From the NCBI GenBank assembly GCA_963787255.1, contig CAWBCJ010000010.1:32001-96000 (forward strand): 64,000 nt of DNA, given 5' to 3'. Every line of letters starts with the position of its first letter. The stretch's first letter is position 1. The DNA comes from Methanobacteriota archaeon (GTDB lineage: Archaea; Methanobacteriota; Methanobacteria; Methanobacteriales; Methanobacteriaceae). The notes beneath the pieces are model-generated. The model was not told the DNA's origin, made no database searches, and saw only the letters and a list, made by a program, of their open reading frames with translations. The position numbers were made by a program, and so were the translations under genes. This document shows, one piece after another, positions 45,054 through 55,535 of the stretch.

Positions 45054-45494
45054 TATTTCTCACCAAATTAATTAATCAGAAAATAGAGAAAAATATTATA
45101 CATTAAATATTTTGTTTTTAAATATATATAATTTATTAGGTACCTGAATGCTAATAATTGCTTTAAACAGTTTTTATTCCTAAGAATCAATAATATAAAC
45201 ATTAATATGATTAATTGATTCATCTACTTTCATTTAGAAAAAGCTTAAATAATAGATATTTCTAACTAAAACATAAATTTATGTTACATAAATACTAATT
45301 CTATCATTATAAATTATCTAATCCTTTAATCTATTATATTTTACTTTATTATTTATTAAATACGAATATTAAGTTTATATTTTACTTAAAATGCTTTTAA
45401 ATTAATGTGAATTAATATTTACAGGCTTAATCATATTTTAATTGTTTTTTTATGACAATTTAAATTTTGAATATTTTTTTAATATGTTTTTAAT

Positions 45495-45554
45495 GTTACA
45501 ATTGTCACAAACAAATAAAATATTAAATCTTTTCCGTTACTATTGTCACAAACA
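45495..45554. promoter_or_regulatory. 19-bp direct repeat pair, candidate regulator sites
   Basis: GTTACAATTGTCACAAACA (45495) and GTTACTATTGTCACAAACA (45536), 41-bp period. Confidence 0.55.
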
Positions 45555-45808
45555 CCGAAAATGTTAATAGTTTTCACTAGCAATAATATAAACATAGAAA
45601 AGATTGTTATTATCATGCATTAAAAAAAATTAAATTTCTATAATAACTTTCTAGGGATATAGAAAGAATATGGGAGTTAATTCACGATTGTGATGATTTA
45701 ACTCCTAAAATAGTATAAAAAAGTTGAGGTGAGGCTTTTAAATGTATGAAGAGGAAAGTTTCGTTAGTATTTAAAGGAGTTTAACTACTTAATAAAGGGG
45801 GATTAAAT

Positions 45809-46609
45809 ATTAAAAGAATAATTGTCATTGCTTCAGGAAAAGGTGGAGTGGGTAAAACCACCATAACTGCTAACTTAGGAGTGATTTTAGCCGGTTATGG
45901 TGAAGATGTCACTTTATTAGATGCAGATGTGGGCATGGCAAATTTAGAATTGATATTAGGCATGGAAGGTCAACCTGTTACTTTAAATGATGTTCTTTCT
46001 GGTGATGCAGATATTCAAGATGCCATTTATGAGGGACCAGGAGGAATGAAGGTTATTCCTGCAGGACTTTCTTTACATACCATTCAAAAAGTTAAAATTG
46101 ATCGTTTAGAAAAAGTTGTAGAATCATTGTTGTCACAGACTGATATAATTCTTATTGATGCACCTGCAGGGTTAGAAAAAGATGCATTAGCTGCTATAGA
46201 TGTTGCACATGAAATGATTCTTGTAACAACCCCTGAAATTCCATCCATTAGTGATGCTCTCAAAACCAGAATAGTGGCCAGTAAGTTAGGAGTTAATATT
46301 CTAGGAGTGGTTGTCAATCGTGAACGGAATGATAAGACATTACTAACCACCAGAGAGATAGAGATTATCCTAAAGGTTCCAGTTCTTGCAAAAATACCAG
46401 AAGACCCGGAGGTTAGCCGTTCAGCAGCATATTCAAAACCTTTTGTTTTAAAAAACCCTAAATCTCAAACTTATAATTCAATAATGCAATTAGCTGCAGA
46501 TATTATTGGTAAAAATTACATTCCAATAGTAACAGATAAAAAAGGATTGATTTCCAAACTGATTGAGGGTATAATGGGAAAAAAAGAGAAGATCCCAGTT
46601 AATGAATAG
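45809..46609 (+). CDS. minD: Archaeal MinD-family ATPase (ATT start)
   Basis: (M)KRIIVIASGKGGVGKTT, DAD, DAPAG, TTPE, IPED; in-frame TAA at 45782 and no ATG/GTG/TTG before the Walker A. Confidence 0.88.
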   Translation: MKRIIVIASGKGGVGKTTITANLGVILAGYGEDVTLLDADVGMANLELILGMEGQPVTLNDVLSGDADIQDAIYEGPGGMKVIPAGLSLHTIQKVKIDRLEKVVESLLSQTDIILIDAPAGLEKDALAAIDVAHEMILVTTPEIPSISDALKTRIVASKLGVNILGVVVNRERNDKTLLTTREIEIILKVPVLAKIPEDPEVSRSAAYSKPFVLKNPKSQTYNSIMQLAADIIGKNYIPIVTDKKGLISKLIEGIMGKKEKIPVNE

Positions 46610-47040
46610 ATCTACAAAATGGAAAATGTATTTTCCAGAACTTCTGATTTTTAATGCTATTAAATTCGTAAAATAGAATATTATAATTAAAATGCAGCTC
46701 AAAAGAGTTCATAAGTTAAAAGCAGTATTTTTTTTGTTTCTTCATGTTGTTCATGCACTCTATTTTTTATAATCATATATAAAATGATTTTAAATAACAA
46801 GGACAAAAAAAATATTAATTAAACATTATAAAAGTTATTATATTGAAAATAAATGGGAATTTGATTTTTATATGATTAAAGTATAATGTATTTATATACG
46901 ATAAGGTTACTAACTATTATGTACTCGTAGAATTTACGGGGGTTCTTATATTATTGTTAAGTCTAATTTTATGAAACTAAAGCTAAATTAGAAAGTTAAC
47001 CGTTAACTTAATATAGAACATTAAATAACCTTTAAGTTAT

Positions 47041-47123
47041 GCAGGGGTGCCCGAGCGGCCAAAGGGGGTGGACTTAAGATCCTCTGGCGTAGGCCTTCGT
47101 GGGTTCGAATCCCATCCCCTGCA
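47041..47123 (+). tRNA. tRNA-Leu(TAA)
   Basis: Acceptor GCAGGGG/CCCCTGC, anticodon loop CTTAAGA, long variable arm, GTTCGAATC. Confidence 0.95.
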
Positions 47124-47216
47124 CTTTTAATAATACTAATTATAGATGGATTGCGGAAGAAAAAATCTATAAGATAATTTTTTTCATTAATAATGATAAA
47201 TATAATCAATGAATTT

Positions 47217-47289
47217 GCCCTAGTGGCTTAGCTGGTAGAGCGATGCCTTGGTAAGGCATAGATCGGGGGTTCGAATCCCCCCTGGGGCT
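47217..47289 (+). tRNA. tRNA-Thr(GGT)
   Basis: Acceptor GCCCTAG/CTGGGGC, ATGCC-TTGGTAA-GGCAT, GGGGG-TTCGAAT-CCCCC. Confidence 0.95.
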
Positions 47290-47431
47290 TTTCAAGTATT
47301 TCTTTTAAATCATATTTTTAATTTTCATATATTGTTGACCTTTTAGGAAAAAAAGTAGACTAAAAGTTTATATCTTGGTAAACTTTATTTTAATTATACA
47401 ATACATATCATTATATTTCAGGTGAAAATTT

Positions 47432-48238
47432 ATGGAAAAAAAGATCGCACAGATATCTGACATACATTTTGGTGAGAAAAACTTTTCAAACGACTTAAAA
47501 AATAACTTACTCAGCCAATTAGAAGATGAAAATCCTGATCTTATCATCGCTGCAGGAGACATGACCACTCAAGGTTATGCTCACGAATATGAAGATGCAT
47601 CTACATTTATTGATGAACTAAAAGCAATAACACAGACTCACATAATTCCGGGGAACCACGACGCACGAAATGTAGGATTGCTCCACTTTGAAAAACTAAT
47701 TGGAGAAAGAAAATTCGTACATTTAGATAAAATTGGCGGATTCGCAATAATTGGACTTGATTCTTCAGAACCGGATATAAACGACGGTCAAATTGGGATA
47801 GATCAGCTAGACTGGCTTAAAAAAGAACTAGACAAAGTACCAAGCGATTTATGCAAAATAGTAACATTCCACCATCACCTGCTTCCTATTCCACAAACCG
47901 GAAGAGAAAGGAATATTCTACTAGATTCTGGTGATTTACTTAGAGTATTCAGTGATTATGGTGTTGATTTTGTCTTAAATGGACACAAACATGTTCCAAA
48001 CGTATGGATGATAGAAAAAATGGTTACATTAAATTCAGGAACAGCAACCACAAAAAAACTTAGAGGACACACTTATCCTTCACATAACCAACTGCTGATT
48101 CAAGATGATCAAATATTAGTAAATCTAATCAATACTGAAACAGGCGATAAAAAGCAGCTTGCAAACTACTCTGTTAGGGTTGAAGCAGAAGAATATATGA
48201 TTTGTTCATACAAACACAATTCGCTGCACGTATTGTAA
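47432..48238 (+). CDS. Calcineurin-like metallophosphoesterase (CpdA/Icc-like)
   Basis: SDIH, AGD, PGNHD, HHH, GHKH. Confidence 0.9.
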   Translation: MEKKIAQISDIHFGEKNFSNDLKNNLLSQLEDENPDLIIAAGDMTTQGYAHEYEDASTFIDELKAITQTHIIPGNHDARNVGLLHFEKLIGERKFVHLDKIGGFAIIGLDSSEPDINDGQIGIDQLDWLKKELDKVPSDLCKIVTFHHHLLPIPQTGRERNILLDSGDLLRVFSDYGVDFVLNGHKHVPNVWMIEKMVTLNSGTATTKKLRGHTYPSHNQLLIQDDQILVNLINTETGDKKQLANYSVRVEAEEYMICSYKHNSLHVL

Positions 48239-48355
48239 TTTATAAAAAAAAATAATTTATTTAATCACGAATTGGGATTTAATCCCTTATATTAAATTTT
48301 AAAGATAAATTTCAGGTATTAAGATTTATTCAACATTATTGAAGTGTGATATAAT

Positions 48356-48952
48356 ATGTCAAAAATGTTAGATGTTATAATGGCAGGAGTAATTTCAGGA
48401 ATCGTTGCATTTACAACATCAAAAATTGGGATAGCAGGAACAGTTTTAGGAGCAGTCTTAGGGGCTATGCTCTACCAATTCATGTCCCATTACGTAAAAG
48501 AACCTTTGGGGAATGTAAAAACAAGAAAAATTGAAACCAGGATTGTTTATGCGATTCCTCTAATCCTTATCTTAGCTATTGAAATAATCTACATATTCTC
48601 TGCTGTATACTGGAAACCAGAACAAATTTTCTATTACCTTGAAAATGTAACTGACTGGAACCTATTTAGATCAATTGGAATTGGACTTATTTGTATGGGT
48701 ATTTATCCAATTTTGATATCAGAGAACATAAAACAGTCATATGGCTACATAATATTATCAGTTGGCATAATTATACTCTTAAATGGATTTATAGATGCAA
48801 ATATATCATTGGTAGAATTATATGCTCCTTTATTTGCAGAATTCGGATTTATAATTTCTCTAGGAGTTATAACAGCATTACTATATGTTATTCTATCAAT
48901 AATTCAAGAATCAGTAGTAATTAACCGTGAAAAAGTTGAAGAAAGCAGTTAA
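48356..48952 (+). CDS. Hypothetical multi-pass membrane protein
   Basis: 198 aa with about 6 hydrophobic segments. Confidence 0.65.
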   Translation: MSKMLDVIMAGVISGIVAFTTSKIGIAGTVLGAVLGAMLYQFMSHYVKEPLGNVKTRKIETRIVYAIPLILILAIEIIYIFSAVYWKPEQIFYYLENVTDWNLFRSIGIGLICMGIYPILISENIKQSYGYIILSVGIIILLNGFIDANISLVELYAPLFAEFGFIISLGVITALLYVILSIIQESVVINREKVEESS

Positions 48953-48962
48953 TGGGATATTC

Positions 48963-49877
48963 ATGATAAAGAAAACAAAAAACGGTACATTAAAGGCAAT
49001 ATTAGATGTAATACGATATGAAAATCCTTCAACACAGGATGAAATAGCAGAAAGACTGGGAATCACCCGTCGATATGTTACTAAATTACTCCAGCCATTA
49101 ATAAGTGAAGGAATTGTAAAAAGAGCTTATGTAATAGAACCTAAAAAATTTGACGAGTTTTTAGAAGTTTACGGCGAAGAAAAAGTACCAGTAGAGCACG
49201 CGACATTGAAGATAGTAGAACTGCTTAAAGGAATGGCAAATCATGTCTGTAATCAGCTGGAAAAATCATTTAACGCGCTTTCAAGTTATGATAATGAAAT
49301 GGCAAACGAAGCCTTAAAAATGGATTACATAACCAATAATATGAACGAAAAGATAAGAACATCGGTAGACATGGCAATATCTATGAATCCCTCACCGGAA
49401 TTCAGTAAAAGCAGCGCTTTCAGCGAAGTTGCATATGACTTAGAACGTATTGGAGATCATTCATGCCAGTTTGCAAATTTCACACTTAAAGAATCTTATG
49501 AAGTTGATCCTGAAATGTTTAAATACATACAGGAAATGTATGAGACTTCAAAAAAGATGATAAAATATTCTATGGAAGTTTTTTTAAATGAAAGGCTTGA
49601 TTTAAAGGATAAAGTAATGAATTACGAAGAAAAAATCCACGTACTTCAAAAAAGGGCTTTAAATTGTATAGCAACTCAGATGGCAGAAGCATCATTTGAT
49701 GATACTGAGCGTTCAACATATTATCTCTCATTGTCAAGGGTAGTTAAAGCATTTGAGAGAATTGGTGACATTTCAATAGAAATAATTGATATTTCAAGGG
49801 AATATCATGAAAATATTCCAAGAACAACCACTCCAGAACGTTTCAGGCGAACATCTCAAAATTTATTGAAAAAATAA
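48963..49877 (+). CDS. HTH + PhoU-domain phosphate regulator
   Basis: N-terminal HTH TQDEIAERLGITRRYV; two PhoU repeats (LERIGD, FERIGD). Confidence 0.88.
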   Translation: MIKKTKNGTLKAILDVIRYENPSTQDEIAERLGITRRYVTKLLQPLISEGIVKRAYVIEPKKFDEFLEVYGEEKVPVEHATLKIVELLKGMANHVCNQLEKSFNALSSYDNEMANEALKMDYITNNMNEKIRTSVDMAISMNPSPEFSKSSAFSEVAYDLERIGDHSCQFANFTLKESYEVDPEMFKYIQEMYETSKKMIKYSMEVFLNERLDLKDKVMNYEEKIHVLQKRALNCIATQMAEASFDDTERSTYYLSLSRVVKAFERIGDISIEIIDISREYHENIPRTTTPERFRRTSQNLLKK

Positions 49878-49901
49878 TTAGGAGGAATTATTTCCCAGAT
49901 A

Positions 49902-50171
49902 TTATTCTTCCTCTTCCATGTATTCTTTGATTTTACGTTCTTCCCATTCCCTGGAGAAAATTCCTCTTTTCATGAAGACCGATAATCCGTGTATTATAAG
50001 TCCGATCCCCCAGAAGAAAATTACAATTAGGAACCACCAGAAACCTGGAGAAGTAAGCAAATTTACAATTGCCAGGAAAACGTTAACGACGATAAAAGAT
50101 ATTAAATGGCCGTAAAACCCTTTTACTTCTTCTACCCTTTCTTTCGCTCTTTTATATTTTAAATCATCCAT
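49902..50171 (-). CDS. 2TM domain protein
   Basis: YKRAKERVEEVKGFYGH..WF..WGIGLIIH..WEERKIKEYM. Confidence 0.88.
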   Translation of the reverse strand: MDDLKYKRAKERVEEVKGFYGHLISFIVVNVFLAIVNLLTSPGFWWFLIVIFFWGIGLIIHGLSVFMKRGIFSREWEERKIKEYMEEEE

Positions 50172-50209
50172 ATTTTTTTAACCTCATATTTAAATTGGAT
50201 TATGATTAT

Positions 50210-50478
50210 TTATTCCTCTTTTTCCATGTATTCTTTGATTTTACGTTCTTCCCAATCCTTAGAGAAGACTCCTCGATTCACATATAATGATAATCCTTGT
50301 ATTATAAGGCCGATTCCCCAAAAAATTGTTACCCAATAGAACCACCAGATTCCGGGGCTTACAACTACGTTTATTATTACAAGAAATATATTTACCATTA
50401 TATATACAATTAAATGGTTATAAAAGCCTTTAACTTCTTTTACTCTCCTTCGGCACGTTCATAAGATTCGTCTACCAT
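50210..50478 (-). CDS. 2TM domain protein, tandem paralog; 1-nt deletion near 50451
   Basis: ATG 50478 (SD GGAGG) MVDESYERA then frame shift to RVKEVKGFYNH..WGIGL..WEERKIKEYM; 269 nt versus 270 nt for the paralog. Confidence 0.8.
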
Positions 50479-50497
50479 TAATAAACCTCCTCTTATA

Positions 50498-50761
50498 TTA
50501 ATCTCCGCCGTCTCCACCGTCAAAGCCGCTGTCATCCCAATCACTGTCATCATCATTATCAAAATCGACACCATGTCGGGATCCACTTGATTTGCTGCAA
50601 GCTGCACCAATTCCAATAAATGCAATAGCTGTTAAAATTATTTCAAAAATGCTAGAATTAAAATTTACAGCCCCATAAGATATGTTTGCTCCTGCTGCAG
50701 CACCACAAAGCGTTAAAATTAAAATTAAAGCTGCAGGCAGTAAAAATATTTTTGCTCTTAT
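50498..50761 (-). CDS. Small membrane protein with Asp/Gly-rich tail (probable ATA start), missed by ORF track
   Basis: SD AGGGGGT then ATA; (M)RAKIFLLPAALILILTLCGAAAG..IILTAIAFIGIGAAC..DFDNDDDSDWDDSGFDGGDGGD*. Confidence 0.65.
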   Translation of the reverse strand: MRAKIFLLPAALILILTLCGAAAGANISYGAVNFNSSIFEIILTAIAFIGIGAACSKSSGSRHGVDFDNDDDSDWDDSGFDGGDGGD

Positions 50762-50927
50762 TTTTGTTACCCCCTTTATAATTATATTTTTACAATAGAA
50801 ATTATGAAAAACTTATTATATATATTTTAAGGCAATTTTATTAATTCCAATCATTTAGACTTTAAATAAATGATTAATGGATTAAAAAGAGGGTAAAATC
50901 AATTTAAAATTAAAAATAGAAACTGAT

Positions 50928-51728
50928 TTAAATGGTCTTGTCAGATTTCCCGTCGTAATAGATCTCTTCTATCTCAAAGAGCTTTCTAAAGGCTGATTCT
51001 CTTGTTTTTTCTTCATTTACATGGGTTAAAATCCCTGGAAGGCGACCAATCATGAATATGCCGCTACCAATGCTCCAATCAAAACCCATATCTGATAATA
51101 TTGCCCCATTTGCTCCGTCAATATTCATTCTTATTCTTTTCTTTTCAAATAGCAGTTCTTCAATTGCTACTGCCAGTTCAGAATGTTTACCGAAGCAGTT
51201 GTGCTTTCTTGCAAGTTCCATTAACTTTGGCGCACGAGGATCTTCATTATGATATCTGTGGCCAAAACCAAATATTTTTTTATTGTTGTTGAGAAAATAA
51301 TTGACAATCTGTTCAGCAATTTCGTTTATATTGTCTTGGGATAATTTAATGCCTTCCTGGAAGATTTTCATGGCCTTTTCGATGGCTCCAGCATGATTTT
51401 TTCCAAATGCAAGGAGTCCACCTGCAATACAGGCATGCAATGGGGATCCAGTAGATGCCATTAATCTTGCTGCTTGAGTACTGGGAGGGGTTACACCATG
51501 GTCGCAGAATGACACTAAGACTGCACCTAACATTTTTGCCTCATTTTTGGATGGTAATTTTCCTTTTATGAGCAAGTGTATCATTTCTGAAAAAGATATT
51601 TTTTCAATTAGATCTTCCTGCAAATAACCTCTTGTAGTTAGCTTGTTAGGCTCTACTTTGGTTATTGAGGTTCTCCACTTTAAAGTACGTGGTTTAAATA
51701 TATCTTTTAGTGCTTCCTCAGTTATCAT
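50928..51728 (-). CDS. Citrate synthase-family protein / citryl-CoA lyase
   Basis: DHGVTPPS, HAGA, GFGHR, DPRA, NIDG. Confidence 0.85.
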   Translation of the reverse strand: MITEEALKDIFKPRTLKWRTSITKVEPNKLTTRGYLQEDLIEKISFSEMIHLLIKGKLPSKNEAKMLGAVLVSFCDHGVTPPSTQAARLMASTGSPLHACIAGGLLAFGKNHAGAIEKAMKIFQEGIKLSQDNINEIAEQIVNYFLNNNKKIFGFGHRYHNEDPRAPKLMELARKHNCFGKHSELAVAIEELLFEKKRIRMNIDGANGAILSDMGFDWSIGSGIFMIGRLPGILTHVNEEKTRESAFRKLFEIEEIYYDGKSDKTI

Positions 51729-51920
51729 GATAGACTTTTATATTCTTGAAATTATATTTAAATTTACCGCTTTTAGTGCATGTAACGTTCTCTTTTAGTG
51801 AATTATAGTCAATTATGGTGATTTACAATTTTTAATATGTTCACTTATTGTGTAAATTTATACACAAATAGGAACATTTAAATATGGGCACTTAATTAGT
51901 ATAGGATGAGGTGAAATGAA

Positions 51921-52754
51921 ATGGACTCAAAATACATAATTGGAATAATAGTAGCCATAATAGTAATAGGTGGAGCTTACCTCGTACTTGCAGGAGGTTC
52001 AAACCAACAATACAATAAACATTGCTGGTTCAACATCTGTTCAACCAGTAGCAGAGAAGCTTGCTGCAGCATACATGCAGAAAAACCCAGACGTTAAGAT
52101 TAACGTACAAGGTGGAGGTACTTCTGTAGGTATTAAGAGTGCACAAGATGGTACAGCACAAATAGGTACAGCATCTTCAAAACCTAAAGATAGCGATTCA
52201 CAAGGTTTGGTACAAACTCAAATTGCTAAAGATGGTATTGTAGTTGTAGTAAATAAAGCTAATTCAATAAGCGATCTAACAATAAATCAGACAAAAGACA
52301 TATTCTCAGGTAACGTAACTGAATGGACTCAAAGTAACTGGTGCATCTGGCGGTAAAATTAACGTCATAACCCGAGAAGATGGTTCAGGTACCAGAGATG
52401 GATTCCAGAACATAGTAATGGGTGGTAAAAATGGAACACCTATCCTTAAAACTGCAGTTGTACAGAGTTCAACAGAAGCTATAGCTCAAACAGTTAAAGG
52501 AGACCCAAATGCAGTTGGATACATATCATTAGCCAGTGTAAATGGCGATGTTAAAGCTGTTAAAATAAATGGCGTAGCTCCTTCAGAACAGACTGTCAGC
52601 GACGGAACTTACAAAATAACAAGACCATTCATCTTCTTAACAAAAGGAGAACCTCACAGGTCAAGTTAAAGCGTTCATTGACTGGGTCATGGGCCCTGAA
52701 GGTCAAGCAATAGTTAAACAATCTGGAGCAGTTCCAGTAGGACCTACTCAATAA
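51921..52754 (+). CDS. pstS: Phosphate-binding protein PstS, copy 1; three +1 insertions
   Basis: [27 protein letters not shown]; frame breaks near 52002, 52332 and 52656. Confidence 0.85.
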
Positions 52755-52891
52755 GTGGTTTTAAACCACTATTTTTTATTTATTTATGTTAAACTCAAGG
52801 AATTCATTAAAAAGTCATTATTATCAATTTTCTTAATCACTCTAAATTTAAATACTCTAAAAGAGAAGAGTATTGTCAAAGGTGATTAAGA

Positions 52892-53701
52892 ATGGACTTG
52901 AAATATAAATTAGGAATAGTAATAGTCATAATCATATTTATCGCTTATTTAGCATTCATCCCATCAGATAATTCTGAAAGAATACAAATAGCTGGTTCAA
53001 CATCTGTTCAACCAGTAGCAGAAAAATTAGCTGCCAAATTTCAAGAAATGCATCCAAACATCAAAATAAATGTACAGGGTGGAGGATCAAGCCTTGGTAT
53101 AAGCAGCGTATCACAAGGTATAACTCAAATAGGTACCAGTTCAAGAGAATTAACCCAAAAAGAAAAAGTTGGGCTAAATGAATATATTATAGGAAAAGAA
53201 GGCATAGTTATTGCTGTTAATAATGAAAATAACATTACTAATTTAAACAAAAATCAAATCAAAGACATCTTCAGTGGTAAAATCACTAACTGGAAAGAAG
53301 TCGGAGGTCCTGATTTAGAAATTCACGTTATAACAAGAGAATCAGGTTCAGGTACAAGATCAGCATTTGAAAATTTAATAATGGGCAAAGGTACCAAAAT
53401 AAGAAACGATGCCATAGTTCAAAGCTCAACAGAATCTGTTAAACAGGCAGTAAGGCAAGATCCAGGTGCAATTGGATTTGTTTCATTAGCACGTATGAGT
53501 AGCGATGTTAAAGCATTGGAAATTGATGGTGTCACACCATCAGAAGAAAGTGTTTCTGATGGTTCTTATGCTATACAGACACCATTTATCTTTATAGTAA
53601 AAGGCGAGCCAAAAGGTACTGTAAAGGAATTTATAGACTTTACATTAAGTCCAGAAGGTCAGGCCATTGTTAAAGGAGAAAAAGTTGTACCAGTAAAATG
53701 A
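52892..53701 (+). CDS. pstS: Phosphate-binding protein PstS, copy 2
   Basis: [24 protein letters not shown]. Confidence 0.92.
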   Translation: MDLKYKLGIVIVIIIFIAYLAFIPSDNSERIQIAGSTSVQPVAEKLAAKFQEMHPNIKINVQGGGSSLGISSVSQGITQIGTSSRELTQKEKVGLNEYIIGKEGIVIAVNNENNITNLNKNQIKDIFSGKITNWKEVGGPDLEIHVITRESGSGTRSAFENLIMGKGTKIRNDAIVQSSTESVKQAVRQDPGAIGFVSLARMSSDVKALEIDGVTPSEESVSDGSYAIQTPFIFIVKGEPKGTVKEFIDFTLSPEGQAIVKGEKVVPVK

Positions 53702-53769
53702 AGATTAAGAGGATATAAATCTCTTTCACTCAAACTAACCTTATTTCAGACTAAAATAGAGGTGCAAGA

Positions 53770-54643
53770 ATGACGAAATTTGAAGAATTTTTAGTAGAGA
53801 AGGGTCTTTTTATAACGGCCATTTTATCTATCATTGTTATTGTTTTAATCATAGGATTTATTTTCAGAGAGGGTCTTCCAGCAATGGAGAGTTATGGATT
53901 CTTAAATTTTATATTTGGAATGAACTGGTCCCCATCAGAGGACCAATACGGCGTTTTCACCATGATAGTTGGTTCAATAGGTATAACGCTTCTTTCACTG
54001 CTCTTTGCAGTACCCTTATCTTTACTCTGTGCCATATTCTTGGCGGAAATCGCACCGCAAACCATGAGAAGGATATTAAAGCCAGTTATTGAGACTCTTG
54101 CAGGTATTCCTTCTGTTGTATACGGATTTTTTGGACTTATAGTCCTTGTTCCATTTATGAGAGAACAATTTGGAGGAACCGGTTTCAGCATGCTTACAGC
54201 ATCTTTAATTCTAACAGTAATGATCCTTCCAACAATTATCAGTATATCTGAGGACGCTTTAAAGTCTGTTCCCTATGAATACAAAGAAGCGTCCCTTGCT
54301 TTGGGAGCAACTCACTGGCAGACTATAAAAAATGTTTTATTCCCTGCAGCCATCCCTGGAATTATAACTGCAATAATACTTGGGAATGGGTAGGGCTGTA
54401 GGAGAAACTTTAGCAGTTATCATGGTTGCAGGAAACGTTGCACAAATTCCAAATTCAATATTTGATCCTGTAAGGGCATTAACATCAAACATAGCCCTGG
54501 AAATGGGTTATGCAACAGGACTTCATTACAATGCACTCTTTGCAACAGGAATAGTGCTGTTTATGATGATAATGATCCTTCTTATAATAGCCAACTACTT
54601 CCACTACAAAAAGAAGGTTGTTATCGGTGGAGGGTACTTATAA
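53770..54643 (+). CDS. pstC: Phosphate ABC permease PstC; +1 G at 54382-84
   Basis: [35 protein letters not shown]. Confidence 0.9.
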
Positions 54644-54685
54644 TGTTCAAATTTCAGTTTAAATCACTTTTTGGAGGTTTGAAAG

Positions 54686-55534
54686 TTGAATAGAATTATA
54701 TCTCCTAAACTGGCTCAAACAATTATGAAAGGTCTATTTTGGGCATCTGGGATCATAACTGTCATAATACTCCTTGTAATCATAGGATACATTCTTTATA
54801 AAGGATTACCTGTGGTGAATTTAAGTTTTATATTCACTAATCCTATAGATTCCGGTAGATCTGGTGGTATATTCCCTATGATTGTATCAAGTTTATATGT
54901 GACTTTTATAGCAATTCTGGTTGCCACACCTTTAGGTGTTGGTGCAGCAGTTTATCTGGCGGAATATGCGGGAGAAGGTACAATAGTCAAATTAATTAGA
55001 TTTGGAGCAGAAACACTAGCATCAATTCCTTCTATAGTATTTGGATTATTTGGATTGGCGTTTTTCGTAGTTTACCTTGGACTTGGATGGTGTGTACTCT
55101 CTGGAGGATTAATATTAGCTCTTATGGCGCTTCCTACGATTTTACAGGTATCTGAAGTTTCACTGGAAGCAGTACCCAAATCTTACAGGGAAGGAAGCCT
55201 TGCAATAGGTGCTACAAAATGGCAAACAATTTATAGAGTTGTATTGCCTGCAGGAATTCCTGGAATTACAACAGGTGTAATTTTAGGACTTGCAAGAGCT
55301 ATCTCAGAGGCAGCAGCAATTTTATTTGCTGTAGGTGCTGCATTATCAGTTCCTATATCAATTTTTGATCCGGCAAGACCTCTTCCACTGCACCTTTATA
55401 TAATAGCAACAGAGGGTATATCCCTGGATAATGCATATGGTACGGCAGCCGTTTTGGTGATTTTAGTGCTTACAATTACCGTTGTTACAAATACATTAGT
55501 TGAAAGATACTCAAAGAAGATGATGGGGAGATAG
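54686..55534 (+). CDS. pstA: Phosphate ABC permease PstA
   Basis: [27 protein letters not shown]. Confidence 0.92.
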   Translation: MNRIISPKLAQTIMKGLFWASGIITVIILLVIIGYILYKGLPVVNLSFIFTNPIDSGRSGGIFPMIVSSLYVTFIAILVATPLGVGAAVYLAEYAGEGTIVKLIRFGAETLASIPSIVFGLFGLAFFVVYLGLGWCVLSGGLILALMALPTILQVSEVSLEAVPKSYREGSLAIGATKWQTIYRVVLPAGIPGITTGVILGLARAISEAAAILFAVGAALSVPISIFDPARPLPLHLYIIATEGISLDNAYGTAAVLVILVLTITVVTNTLVERYSKKMMGR

Positions 55535-55535
55535 A

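Noticed and set aside
45060-45800. Replication origin
   Set aside because: AT-rich with repeats, but no cdc6/orc1 nearby and no recognisable ORB array.
46921-47010. Small RNA upstream of tRNA-Leu (CTCGTA..TACGGG hairpin, GTTAAC palindromes)
   Set aside because: The structures are short and weak, and fit a tRNA precursor leader or chance.
47041-47289. Integrated element at the tRNA genes
   Set aside because: No integrase and no duplicated tRNA 3' end was seen in the window.
50440-50625. ORF-track 61-aa protein
   Set aside because: It is a shadow frame made of the acidic-tail gene and the frameshifted 5' end of the 2TM gene.
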